Positions 9,771-19,773 of a stretch of 64,000 nucleotides of DNA are shown here, piece by piece; the stretch's first letter is position 1, and every line of letters begins with the position of its first letter. Position numbers and translations under genes: made by a program. Source of the DNA: Patescibacteria group bacterium (lineage in GTDB: Bacteria; Patescibacteriota; Microgenomatia; UBA12405); the NCBI GenBank assembly GCA_018902845.1, contig JAHIPV010000007.1:6989-70988 (forward strand). Reading direction: 5' to 3'. Under the pieces are notes generated by a model. The model was not told where the DNA came from. It saw only the letters and a list, made by a program, of their open reading frames with translations, and searched no databases.

Positions 9771-10241
9771 TTAATTTGTAATAGTAGAGAGGGTGGGGGT
9801 GGAAGATTGGGTGAGGGTTTTTAAGTCAAAATTTGGGCAATCGTTGATAATGGTTTTGAGGATTTTTTGAGATAGGGATATTAGTTTTGTATTTGATAAG
9901 TTGGCTAGTTTGAGAGATGGGAAACCGTGCTGAAAGGTTGAAAAAATTTCTCCAGGACCACGAGTTTTAAGATCGTACCGGGCTATTTTAAGGTTGTTGC
10001 TATGTTTAGTTATGAAATTGAGTCTATCTAGTGCTTTGGCGTTGTCTGATGAGGTGAAAAGATAACAATAACTTTGTTGTTGTCCCCTACCAATCCTTCC
10101 TCTTAGTTGATGAAGTTGAGCTAAACCAAAACGATCAGCAGATTGAATGATAAGGATAGTGGTGTTGGGAATGTCAATGCCAACTTCAATTATGGGAGTA
10201 GTGACCAGGATGTTTGTTTTGTTTTTTGTGATTTGGGACAA
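9771..10241 (-). pseudogene. duplicated 3' end (~150 codons) of recG
   Basis: near-identical to recG 14358-~14812; lacks N-terminal ~515 aa. Confidence 0.9.
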
Positions 10242-10432
10242 GAAAGCTTTTTGTAAAAAAATTACTAAAAAAAATTGACTCTAATTTAATTTTAGGGTTA
10301 AATCAGTTTAAGAAAAGGAGATGATATTCAACAGTCTCCAGACAATACTTGTGTTAATCAGAAAAAGATTGTATAATTTCAATATGTCACTTAAAGGTCA
10401 TTGTACCGATCTCTAATTAGAATTAATAAGTT

Positions 10433-11611
10433 TTAACTTGTTTTGGTTGTTGAGGGGGGTGGTGTTTTGTTTGCGAGTTTGTTGATTTTGTATTTTTTAG
10501 GTGTTTTTCCTTTTTTGTCAATAAGTTTTAGGTAAAATGTTTTTAATTTATTTGGAAGAATTGGAATTATTTCTTTTTCAATTAAAGGCATTAGATTGCA
10601 GGTGATTGGGTCTGGTTTTTTGTAATCTTCCAAATAGTAATAAGAATCAACTCTACATCCGGCATTGCAAAGTTTAAGATAGCGACAATTTCTACATTCT
10701 TTAATATCTGATATTTTGAGATTATAAAATTTATGTTGATATTTTTTATTAATAGCTTTTTTCAAACTACCTTCTTTTAGATAGTTTGACATTGGTAGGT
10801 CAAAACTAGGACAAAAGACCATATCTCCGTTAGGTCTTAAAGGAAAACTTCCTGACCTGTAGCTACATGGATGAGAGTTTTTATTAAAAGTAATAAGGTT
10901 GTTTGGTGTAATTTCTGATTTATATATGTTATAGAGTTCAAACTCAAAGGTTGGCTTTTTTTTCAAGTAGTCTTTTAAAATTTCTTTAAAAATTTTAATA
11001 AAGTCGTTAAAATTTGGTAATTGAAACTCTTTATAGTTTTTTAAATATCTTCCAGTAATAAAAGGCAAATCTACTCTCCACCTGTCAATTCTTAGTTTTT
11101 TTAATAAATTATAAAGTTTAGGCATTTCTTGCAGGTTTTTTTCTGTGACTTCGGTATTAATGACTACTGTAAAATTAGCAGTTTTAAGCCATTTTATACT
11201 TTGAATAATTTTCTTGTGACTGCTTCCGACACGTGTTTTATTGTGCCATTTGAAACCGTCTAGAGTGATTTTGATTTCTTTTATTTGTGGATATTCACTT
11301 AACTTTTTGATAAGTTTTTTTGTTAATAACTTTCCATTTGAAAGGATTTCAACTTTTTTTCCTTTGCAAAAATTAATAATTTCAAAAATATCTTCTCTTA
11401 GGAATGGTTCGCCACCAGAAAAAGCAAATTCTTTACATCCCATTTTTATCGATTCGGTTATTAGTCTCTTGATATCTTTGGTTTTCATTTCTTTGGAAAT
11501 TTGTTTTGAGTTATTGAACTGAGCGTTATAGCAATAGGCACATCTTAAATTGCACTTTCCAGTAATTTCTAGATGGATTCTCCTGACTTTGTTTGTTTTT
11601 AAGTTGGTCAT
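10433..11611 (-). CDS. radical SAM/SPASM domain protein
   Basis: CNLRCAYC, FSGGEPFL, C-terminal CRNC..LKLCNAGCR...C. Confidence 0.92.
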   Translation of the reverse strand: MTNLKTNKVRRIHLEITGKCNLRCAYCYNAQFNNSKQISKEMKTKDIKRLITESIKMGCKEFAFSGGEPFLREDIFEIINFCKGKKVEILSNGKLLTKKLIKKLSEYPQIKEIKITLDGFKWHNKTRVGSSHKKIIQSIKWLKTANFTVVINTEVTEKNLQEMPKLYNLLKKLRIDRWRVDLPFITGRYLKNYKEFQLPNFNDFIKIFKEILKDYLKKKPTFEFELYNIYKSEITPNNLITFNKNSHPCSYRSGSFPLRPNGDMVFCPSFDLPMSNYLKEGSLKKAINKKYQHKFYNLKISDIKECRNCRYLKLCNAGCRVDSYYYLEDYKKPDPITCNLMPLIEKEIIPILPNKLKTFYLKLIDKKGKTPKKYKINKLANKTPPPSTTKTS

Positions 11612-11623
11612 TTTTGCATTTAA

Positions 11624-12493
11624 TTAATTTCTAAATATTTGTTTAACAAAACATAACCTTTTTTTTGAAATTAACTTTTTTTTAATGTTGGTTGTGATTT
11701 CTTGGTTGGAAGAATAAATAGTTCCGATCTTTTGCTCAGGATAAGAGACAAGAGCTGCGCAGGGAAAAACATCACCTTGGGAGTTGATAGACAAAAAAGT
11801 TCCGAATTTACAAATAGTTTGGTTATCATATCGAATTTTTACATCACTTTCTCGAAATCTTTCTTTGATAATTTTACCAAGTTGTATTATCTCTTCTTTC
11901 GAAAGTTGAGATTTGGTCATGATATTAAGAGCGTTTCCTGAAGGAGTTAACTGACTAATCCAAAAATTCTTAACTCCCATTTTGGCGAAAAATGATATCA
12001 TGTTTGGAATTTCTCGATGATTCATTTTCATTGCTGTGATGTTTATTCCGAAAGGAAGTGTTTTGAGAAATTGTTTAATATTGTTTAATACTTTTGGGAA
12101 AAGTTTTTCTGTTGTTGTAAACCAATCGAACTTTTTTTCGTTGATTGTGTGAATACTTACTTTGAAAAGTGCCAAATTTACTTTTTTTAGGAGATCAAGT
12201 ATCCCGTGGTTGTCGATACTACCGTTAGTTACCATTTCTACCTCAATATTTTTTCTGTCGATCATTTGTTCTAATGCAAAAGCGATGTTGTCACAAATAA
12301 AAGGTTCTCCACCTACAATATTTATTCTTTTTACTCCCATTTCGTCTATAAATTTTCCAACTACTTGAGAAATGTTTTTCTTCGACATTTCTTGATGTTT
12401 ATTTTTTATAACATAGCAATGTTTACAGCGAAAATTACACGAGTTATTTGCTGATAAAAAAGTATAAGGGTAAACTTTGTTGGTGTAATTTAT
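11624..12493 (-). CDS. radical SAM protein (twitch/SPASM-like); true start unresolved, first ATG at 12388 lies after the Cys motif
   Basis: in-frame upstream CNFRCKHC (~12416-12439), GGEPF, VTNG, GDVFPC. Confidence 0.8.
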   Translation of the reverse strand: MNYTNKVYPYTFLSANNSCNFRCKHCYVIKNKHQEMSKKNISQVVGKFIDEMGVKRINIVGGEPFICDNIAFALEQMIDRKNIEVEMVTNGSIDNHGILDLLKKVNLALFKVSIHTINEKKFDWFTTTEKLFPKVLNNIKQFLKTLPFGINITAMKMNHREIPNMISFFAKMGVKNFWISQLTPSGNALNIMTKSQLSKEEIIQLGKIIKERFRESDVKIRYDNQTICKFGTFLSINSQGDVFPCAALVSYPEQKIGTIYSSNQEITTNIKKKLISKKRLCFVKQIFRN

Positions 12494-13924
12494 CTATTTG
12501 ATTTTCCAGATTGTTTTTTGCGAGGTATCTTTTAATTCAACTCCCATCTTTATTAATTTTGTTTTGATCTTATCTGCCTTTTCCCAATTTTTTAACTGTC
12601 TTAATTTATTTCTTTTTTTTATCAGTTCTTTGATCTTGTCTTTGTGTTTTGTTTTGGAGGCTTTTTGTTTTTTTGGTATTAAAAACCCCCAGACTTGATC
12701 AATTTCTTTTATGAAAAGATAAATTAATTTGATCCCCCCTTTGTCAACCATATTTTTATCTATTAGCTTGTTTATTTTGTTTACAAAGTTAAAAATACCG
12801 GCTATTGCTTTTGAAGTGTTAAGGTCATCATCCATCGCTTTAATAAAATTGTTACGAGCTTTTTTTGTTTCTTTTTTTATTTCGATCAAGTTTTTTTTAT
12901 TATTTTTTGACTTGTTTTGCTGAGATAAAACTCTTTCAGTAAATTCTCTTATTCGATCAAGTGCCCTTTTGGAACTTTTTAAGCTTGAAAAGGTAAAGTT
13001 GAGGGATTTGCGATAGTGACTTGTTAGAACAAGGTATCTAAAAGCCATCGGATCATCGACTTTTTTAAGGATTTCATCCAATACATATAAATTACCTAAA
13101 CTTTTCGACATTTTGTTTTTGTTGACCTGAAGAAAACCGCGATGTAGCCAATATTTAACAAACTTTTTTCCTGTAGCCGCTTCGCTTTGGGCAATTTCAT
13201 TTTGATGATGTGGAAATATTAGATCAACAGCCCCTGTATGAATGTCAAAACTTGGTCCTAAATATTTCATACTCATAGCCGAACATTCTATGTGCCACCC
13301 TGGTCTCCCTTTGCCAAATGGCGAATTCCAAAAAACATTACCGTCGTCTTTGTCCCAGGTTTTCCATAAAACAAAGTCAGAGACGTTTTCTTTGTTATAC
13401 TCATCACTTAAAATTCTCCCACTGGCTCCGTTCAACAACTTTTTTCTTTTGACTTTGGCAAATTTACCGTAATTTCTAAATTTAGAAATATTAAAATAAA
13501 CACTTTTGTCACTTGCTTGGTAGGCATATCCTTTTTTTAGTAGTATTTCTATCAAATTTATCATTTCTTGAATGTGTTTTGTTGCTTTGCAAATGATCTT
13601 TGGTTTGTTAATATTTAGCTTTCTAAAATCATTCAAGATTGATTTACCAAATTTTTTTGTATATTTTTTGAGTGGTACACCTTTTTGTTTGGAAAACTTT
13701 ATTGTTTTATCGTCAACGTCCGTGAAATTCATAACATCGAGCACTTTGTATTTGGAAAATTTAAGATATCTTCTTAATATATCCATAAAAAGATAAGTGG
13801 ATAAATTGCCAATGTGAGCATGGTCATAAATAGTAGGACCGCAAGTGTACATTTTTACAAATCCCTTTTTGATAGGGATGAACTTTTCTTTTTTCCGACC
13901 GGCAGTGTTATAAAAATGAAGCAT
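12494..13924 (-). CDS. cysS: cysteine-tRNA ligase (start re-called at ATG 13924)
   Basis: MYTCGPTIYDHAHIGN, GRPGWHIECSAM, KMSKS. Confidence 0.95.
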   Translation of the reverse strand: MLHFYNTAGRKKEKFIPIKKGFVKMYTCGPTIYDHAHIGNLSTYLFMDILRRYLKFSKYKVLDVMNFTDVDDKTIKFSKQKGVPLKKYTKKFGKSILNDFRKLNINKPKIICKATKHIQEMINLIEILLKKGYAYQASDKSVYFNISKFRNYGKFAKVKRKKLLNGASGRILSDEYNKENVSDFVLWKTWDKDDGNVFWNSPFGKGRPGWHIECSAMSMKYLGPSFDIHTGAVDLIFPHHQNEIAQSEAATGKKFVKYWLHRGFLQVNKNKMSKSLGNLYVLDEILKKVDDPMAFRYLVLTSHYRKSLNFTFSSLKSSKRALDRIREFTERVLSQQNKSKNNKKNLIEIKKETKKARNNFIKAMDDDLNTSKAIAGIFNFVNKINKLIDKNMVDKGGIKLIYLFIKEIDQVWGFLIPKKQKASKTKHKDKIKELIKKRNKLRQLKNWEKADKIKTKLIKMGVELKDTSQKTIWKIK

Positions 13925-14096
13925 TTTTTTGTTTATTAAAAAACAGATTGATTTTATCAATTTTATTAATGTTTGTGAATATAGAGTTTTGCTGACCCAC
14001 CTACACATGATACTGTTTGAAATCAATTGCTTGAGAATGAGATAAAAACTCTAGTAATATTACATGAACCAGGAAAAAGAAAAATCCCAAATTATT

Positions 14097-14330
14097 GTCA
14101 TTGTGTCTGCGGGCGACCGCAAGGGTCGCCCCTACAAAAGAGCTCGCAATGACAGAAAGGTGTTATCCTGCTTAGCGGGACGAAGTGAAGCGGAGGAATC
14201 TTCTGACTTTTGAGTTTGGAAAATAGATTGGGTGGTTAGGAGATCCCTCCGCTACGGTCGGGATGACAAATACTTCGGTCGGGATGACAAATACTTCGGT
14301 CGGGATGACAAATACTTCGGTGGGGATGAC
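14097..14330. repeat. composite palindrome cluster ending in 3x 21-bp tandem AAATACTTCGGTCGGGATGAC
   Basis: GTCATTG..GCAATGAC enclosing REP copy; tandem units 14268-14288, 14289-14309, 14310-14330. Confidence 0.88.
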
Positions 14331-14357
14331 AAAAAATTGCCGGAATGATGGTTTGAT

Positions 14358-16370
14358 TTAATTTGTAATGGTAGAGAGGGTGGCTTGAGAGGATTGGATG
14401 AGGGTTTTTAAGTCAAAATTTGGGCAATCGTTGATAATGGTTTTGAGGATTTTTTGAGATAGGGATATTAGCTTTGCATTTGATAAGTTGGCTAGTTTGA
14501 GAGATGGGAAACCGTGTTGAAAGGTTGAAAAAATTTCTCCGGGACCACGAGTTTTAAGATCGTACCGGGCTATTTTAAGGTTGTCGCTATGTTTAGTTAT
14601 GAAATTGAGTCTATCCAGTGCTTTGGCATTGTCTGATGAGGTGAAAAGATAACAATAACTTTGTTGTTGTCCCCTACCAATCCTTCCTCTTAATTGATGA
14701 AGTTGGGCTAAACCAAAACGATCAGCAGACTGAATGATAAGAATAGTGGCGTTAGGAATGTCGATACCAACTTCGATAATTGGTGTGGTGACTAAAATAT
14801 TGGTTTTATTTTTTGATAAATTTTTTATAATTTGTTGACGTTCAGTTGATTTTGTCTTTCCGTGTAATAATTCAAGTTTTAAATTTGGAAAAATATTTTT
14901 TGATAAGTTCTCGAATTCTTTTTTGGCTGATTTGATCGAAGTTAAGGTTTCTGATTCTTCGATAAAAGGACAGACAATGAAAGCTTGGCATTTGGTTTTT
15001 TTGATTTCTTTTTCTATCCATTCGTAGCAGTTTTGTCTTTTGTGATTAGGAACCAGGAAGGTTTTTACAGATAGACGATTTTTTGGCATTGTTGTTATAC
15101 AGGAAAGATTTAAATTACCTAGCATTGTAAGACTGATGCTTCTAGGGATTGGAGTAGCGGTCATGGTGATTGAATGGGGCGGGTTTGAAGAGTTTATTAG
15201 AGCTGATCGTTGGTTGACACCGAATTTATGTTGTTCGTCCACAATAACTAGGGCGATTTTTTTTAGGAGAGATTTGTTTTTGTGTAAAATAGCATGAGTG
15301 GAAATTATAATGTCGGAATTATTTAAGTTTTTTGTTTTTAGTTTTGAATTAGAGGTGAGAAGATGAATATTGATTTTGTAAGTTTTTAAAAACTTACTGA
15401 AAGTTTTGTAATGCTGTTGGGCCAGGATTTCGGTAGGAGCCAAGATGACAGAAAGTGAATTATTAAGATAGCTAAGAAAACAGGAAAAAATAGCAATAAT
15501 TGTTTTTCCTGAACCAACATCTCCGACTAAAAGACGATTGGTTCCGTGATTTGGAGAAAGCAGGTCTTGACTGATTTCTTGCCATACTTTTTTTTGATCT
15601 TTGGTTAATTTGAAAGGCAAGGAATTTATTAATTTGTTTATTTTTTTAGTGATGTTTTTGTTGGTAAAAAATTGAGTGTGTGGTTTTAGCGTGAGCCAAT
15701 TTTCTTTTTGTAAATAAGATTGGGTTTGAAGAGATAAAATTTCATCTATTGAAAGTCTGAGTCTTGCATTGTTTAAGTATGAATTGTTTTTTGGATTGTG
15801 GATTTGTGTGAGGGCGGAAATTTTGTCTAGCAAGGTAAAGTTTTTAATAATTTCTAGAGGCAGATTTTCTTTTTCGTTTTTCAGTAGTTTTTCTAGATTG
15901 TTTTGTATTGTTTTTCGAAACCATTTTGATGATAATCCTTTTGTTTCCGGGTATTTTGGAATAATTTTACCTGTATTGTATTGACCATAATCTGGAGAAA
16001 ATAGTGTTTTTTGGTTTTTGTAAAGGGAGATTGATCCGGCGAAACTTAAAATATCATTGATTTTTATGTTTTTTGATAAAAAGGGAGAATTGAACCAGAC
16101 TATGTTAAGAATACCGGTTTTATCGGCAATTTTACACAATTGAATATTTTTATGATTGCGAGTGAATATATTTCTAAAAAAAATGATTTTGCCAGTAATT
16201 GTAATATTTTCATTTATTCGTGCTTGGGAAATTGGAACTGACTTTGAAAAATCAATATAGCGAGAAGGAAAATGATAAACGAGATCTGTTGGTGTAAAAA
16301 TTTTTAGTTTGTGAAGTTTTACTAATGTTTTTGGTCCGATGCCTGGGATTGATTCAAGGGTAATTGACAT
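14358..16370 (-). CDS. recG: ATP-dependent DNA helicase RecG
   Basis: GDVGSGKT, DEQH, TATPIPR, QLRGRIGRG. Confidence 0.96.
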   Translation of the reverse strand: MSITLESIPGIGPKTLVKLHKLKIFTPTDLVYHFPSRYIDFSKSVPISQARINENITITGKIIFFRNIFTRNHKNIQLCKIADKTGILNIVWFNSPFLSKNIKINDILSFAGSISLYKNQKTLFSPDYGQYNTGKIIPKYPETKGLSSKWFRKTIQNNLEKLLKNEKENLPLEIIKNFTLLDKISALTQIHNPKNNSYLNNARLRLSIDEILSLQTQSYLQKENWLTLKPHTQFFTNKNITKKINKLINSLPFKLTKDQKKVWQEISQDLLSPNHGTNRLLVGDVGSGKTIIAIFSCFLSYLNNSLSVILAPTEILAQQHYKTFSKFLKTYKINIHLLTSNSKLKTKNLNNSDIIISTHAILHKNKSLLKKIALVIVDEQHKFGVNQRSALINSSNPPHSITMTATPIPRSISLTMLGNLNLSCITTMPKNRLSVKTFLVPNHKRQNCYEWIEKEIKKTKCQAFIVCPFIEESETLTSIKSAKKEFENLSKNIFPNLKLELLHGKTKSTERQQIIKNLSKNKTNILVTTPIIEVGIDIPNATILIIQSADRFGLAQLHQLRGRIGRGQQQSYCYLFTSSDNAKALDRLNFITKHSDNLKIARYDLKTRGPGEIFSTFQHGFPSLKLANLSNAKLISLSQKILKTIINDCPNFDLKTLIQSSQATLSTITN

Positions 16371-16510
16371 TGAATTATGTTATCATTTGGTAATGAGGTT
16401 GTTTGGTAAAAGGATTAGAAAAAAGACAATTAAAAAAGGGATTTTGTTTTTTGCAACCATACTTTTATTATTGTCTGGCTTAGTGCCTTTTTTGAGTACT
16501 TTGTTTTAAT

Positions 16511-19171
16511 ATGAAAATTTGTAATTGGTGTAAAAATTGGAGAAGATCGATTAGAAGGTGGGTTGTTGGAATAAAAAGGATGAACAGAAAGAGATTTTTG
16601 TTATGGTGTTTTAGTATTTTGGCGGTAGTGATGTTGTGTGGTTTATTTTTTACAGTAATTGTATTTGCTTGGTTTTCTAAAGATTTGCCCAGTCCGAATA
16701 AAGTAGTTAGGAGAGAGGGTTTTGCCAGTAAGGTTTATGATCGGAATGGAGAACTTTTGTATGATGTCTATAAGGATGTAAAAAGAACTCCGGTTTTGTG
16801 GGAAGATATTCCAGAGTATTTGAAACAGGCGACTATCGCCATTGAAGACAAAAGTTTTTATGAACACAAAGGATTTGACCCCTTGACTCCTTTTAGAATT
16901 TTTAAAGACATTATTTTTAAGAGAAGATTGATCGGTGGTTCCACCTTGACACAGCAATTGGTAAAAAATGTTTTGTTGAGTTCGGAAAGGACTGTGGTGA
17001 GAAAAATTCGTGAATTTATTTTGGCTGTTCAGATCGAAAAGAAATACAGTAAGGACGAAATCCTTTTAATGTATTTAAATGAAGTTCCTTATGGCGGGGC
17101 GGCTTGGGGGGTTGGACCGGCATCCGAGCAGTATTTTGGTAAGGAAGTTAAAGAGTTAGACTTGACAGAATCTGTTATTTTGGCCGGATTACCGCAAAGG
17201 CCCAGTGTTTATTCGCCTTTTTCTGAAAATCCAAAGGCTTATGTGGGGAGAAGCGAAGATGTTTTGAATAGAATGAGAGAAGATGGATATATAAGTAAGG
17301 AGTTGGTTAAAGAAATTTTGGAAAAAGTTGAAAATTACAGTTTTGACGAAGGTAGATCGACCATAAAAGCACCTCATTTTGTTTTATGGGTGAAAGAGCA
17401 ATTAGCGCAGCGTTATGGTGATGAAGTAGTGGAAGGAGGTGGGTTAAAAATTACCACTACCTTAGATTTGGAATTACAAGATAAGACTCAGGGTATTGTG
17501 GCAGAAGAGATAGAAAAAGCTGAGACTTTGGGTATTTCTAATGGAGCGGCTTTGATATTAGACCCCAGGAATGGACAAGTGCTGGCGATGGTGGGTTCCA
17601 GAGGCTATTTTTCAGATAAAACGGATGGAAAGTTTAATGTAGTAACTCAATCACTAAGACAACCTGGTTCGTCCATTAAGCCTGTGACTTATCTGGCTGC
17701 CATAAAAAAAGGATATACTGCGTCCAGCATGATTATAGATGCGCCTGTTTCTTTTCCCGGTGGAGTGGGTCAGAAAGATTACGAGCCAAAGAATTACACA
17801 GGAAAGTTTATCGGTCCCCTATCGCTTCGTTATGCTTTGGGAAATTCTATCAATACGACGGCTGTAAAAATGTTAGCAAATGTAGGCTTAGAGAATATGA
17901 TGATGACGGCGTATGAAATGGGTTTGAATACGTTGGAGCCCACAAAAGACAATATGAGACGTTTTGGTTTATCTGTTACTCTTGGTGGAGCTGAAGTAAA
18001 GATGACAGAAATGTCTGGAGCTTATAGTGCCTTTGCCAATGGTGGTAAAAAGGTTGATCTGGTTGGTGTTTTGAAGGTTGAGGATAGGAACGGAAGAGTG
18101 TTGGAAGAGTACAAAGAAGTTGGTTTGAAGCAAGTGATTGATGCTAAAGAGGCTTTTTTGATCTCTCATATTTTGTCTGACAATTCGGCTCGAGAGATTA
18201 CCTTTGGGCAAGTGAATGGTTTGGTTATTCCAAACTATCAAGTATCGGTAAAGACCGGGACTACTAATGATAAAAGAGATAATTGGTGTGTTGGCTGGAC
18301 TCCAAATTTACTGGTAAATGTATGGGTTGGTAATAATGATAATTCGCCAATGTTGAAAGTAGCGTCGGGAGTATCAGGTGCTACGCCTATTTGGAGAAAA
18401 ATAATGCTGTTTGAATTACCAAGAAGAGAAAGGCAAGATTTTCCGATTCCGGCTGGAATTATACATATGGATGTTGACAAAATTTCGGGATATACGGCTC
18501 ATGATGGTTTTGATGCTAGGTCTGAGTATTTTATTGATGGAACTCAACCTATTAACGATGATCCTATACATTTGAAGTTAAAAGTGTGTAGAGATGCCAA
18601 TGGTTTAGCAACTCCCGAAGATGTAGTTTCAAGCAATTACGAAGAAAAAGAGTACTTTAAGTTTTTTGAAGACGACCCGGTTTCGACTGATGGAAAAAAC
18701 AGGTGGCAGGAAGGAATTGATGAGTGGATTGCCAGTCAGCCAGATAATGATAAGTATTTTCCGCCAGCAGAATATTGCAGGAGTGAGGGGATGGTAAATG
18801 TGGGGATTGATAATCCGGCCCACGAGTCAACCGTGGAAAATGATATAGAAATTAGGATAGGGACTAATTCGGTAAAAAAGATTATTGAAGTAAAATTATG
18901 GGTTGATGGTAAGGAGAAAAAGACGTGGACAGATAGGCCTTTTGAGATGAGTTTGCATTTGGAAGATGGTCCGCACCTTTTGAAGGTGATAGCAAAAGAT
19001 AAAGATGGGAATAGTGGTGAAAGAGAGGCTAGAATTGGAGTTAATGTGCCTTGGGATTGGAGTCCCTCCCCTACCGCCAGTCCGACTGACACTCCAACAC
19101 CAACTATTGAACCGACTCCGACAGGATCAGGCAGTACCCCGACCCTGTCGGAAACTCCTATGCCGATTTAG
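16511..19171 (+). CDS. class A penicillin-binding protein (PBP1A family)
   Basis: EDKSFYEH, GGSTLTQQL, RKIRE, SSIK, KTGT motifs; C-terminal Ig-like domain. Confidence 0.93.
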   Translation: MKICNWCKNWRRSIRRWVVGIKRMNRKRFLLWCFSILAVVMLCGLFFTVIVFAWFSKDLPSPNKVVRREGFASKVYDRNGELLYDVYKDVKRTPVLWEDIPEYLKQATIAIEDKSFYEHKGFDPLTPFRIFKDIIFKRRLIGGSTLTQQLVKNVLLSSERTVVRKIREFILAVQIEKKYSKDEILLMYLNEVPYGGAAWGVGPASEQYFGKEVKELDLTESVILAGLPQRPSVYSPFSENPKAYVGRSEDVLNRMREDGYISKELVKEILEKVENYSFDEGRSTIKAPHFVLWVKEQLAQRYGDEVVEGGGLKITTTLDLELQDKTQGIVAEEIEKAETLGISNGAALILDPRNGQVLAMVGSRGYFSDKTDGKFNVVTQSLRQPGSSIKPVTYLAAIKKGYTASSMIIDAPVSFPGGVGQKDYEPKNYTGKFIGPLSLRYALGNSINTTAVKMLANVGLENMMMTAYEMGLNTLEPTKDNMRRFGLSVTLGGAEVKMTEMSGAYSAFANGGKKVDLVGVLKVEDRNGRVLEEYKEVGLKQVIDAKEAFLISHILSDNSAREITFGQVNGLVIPNYQVSVKTGTTNDKRDNWCVGWTPNLLVNVWVGNNDNSPMLKVASGVSGATPIWRKIMLFELPRRERQDFPIPAGIIHMDVDKISGYTAHDGFDARSEYFIDGTQPINDDPIHLKLKVCRDANGLATPEDVVSSNYEEKEYFKFFEDDPVSTDGKNRWQEGIDEWIASQPDNDKYFPPAEYCRSEGMVNVGIDNPAHESTVENDIEIRIGTNSVKKIIEVKLWVDGKEKKTWTDRPFEMSLHLEDGPHLLKVIAKDKDGNSGEREARIGVNVPWDWSPSPTASPTDTPTPTIEPTPTGSGSTPTLSETPMPI

Positions 19172-19207
19172 GTTTGAGTTAATGTTTTATAGATTCTAGA
19201 AATTGTT

Positions 19208-19378
19208 GTCATTGCGAGGAAATCACGTTTAAATTTCTTAATTTATTACGTGACGACGTGGCAATCCCGTAGGGATTTTAATCACGTTTTTTACATTTCC
19301 AACTGGGATCCTCCAGAGGTGGACACGTTGCCATGGAAATGGGCGACCGCAAGGGTCGCCCCTACAAAAGGCAATGAC
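19208..19378. repeat. GTCATTGCGAG...GCAATGAC palindromic element with nested CTCCAGAGGTGGAC and REP copies
   Basis: inverted ends; inserts at 19311-19324 and 19341-19366. Confidence 0.8.
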
Positions 19379-19417
19379 AATTAGTATTATCTGTAGGTGG
19401 GTCAGGGATTTGTGTTA

Positions 19418-19446
19418 TTGACATGTTTGTTTTTGTACATTATGAT
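19418..19446 (+). promoter_or_regulatory. sigma70 promoter of TA operon with TACAT-N7-ATGTA inverted repeat over the -10
   Basis: TTGACA-17bp-TATGAT. Confidence 0.7.
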
Positions 19447-19455
19447 GATGTATAG

Positions 19456-19773
19456 ATGATTGAGCACTTTGATGTTTTAAGGGTTGATGGATTTGATTGG
19501 GACGAGGGTAACTTGCGCAAGAATAAGGTAAAGCATAATGTTGAAATTGAAGAGTGCCAAGAAGTTGTATTTGATGAGCCTATTTACTTTTTTGATGAAA
19601 AACATTCACAAAAAGAGGAAAGATTTATTGGATATGGTTTGACAAATAGAAAAAGATATTTAATTATTGTTTTTACGATCCGTAGAAATAAAATAAGAAT
19701 TATTTCTGCTAGAGATCAAAATAAAAAAGAAAGGAGAATATATGAAAAAAATAAAAAAAATACCAAGATTTAG
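19456..19773 (+). CDS. BrnT family toxin
   Basis: FDWDEGN..KN..KH, EER, IRIISAR. Confidence 0.92.
   Translation: MIEHFDVLRVDGFDWDEGNLRKNKVKHNVEIEECQEVVFDEPIYFFDEKHSQKEERFIGYGLTNRKRYLIIVFTIRRNKIRIISARDQNKKERRIYEKNKKNTKI

Noticed and set aside
10321-10416. 31-aa ORF as RiPP precursor for the rSAM pair
   Set aside because: Opposite strand, AGGAG abuts the ATG with no spacing, no repeated core motif
14268-14330. Mini-CRISPR
   Set aside because: Direct tandem 21-mers without spacers, derived from a palindrome arm
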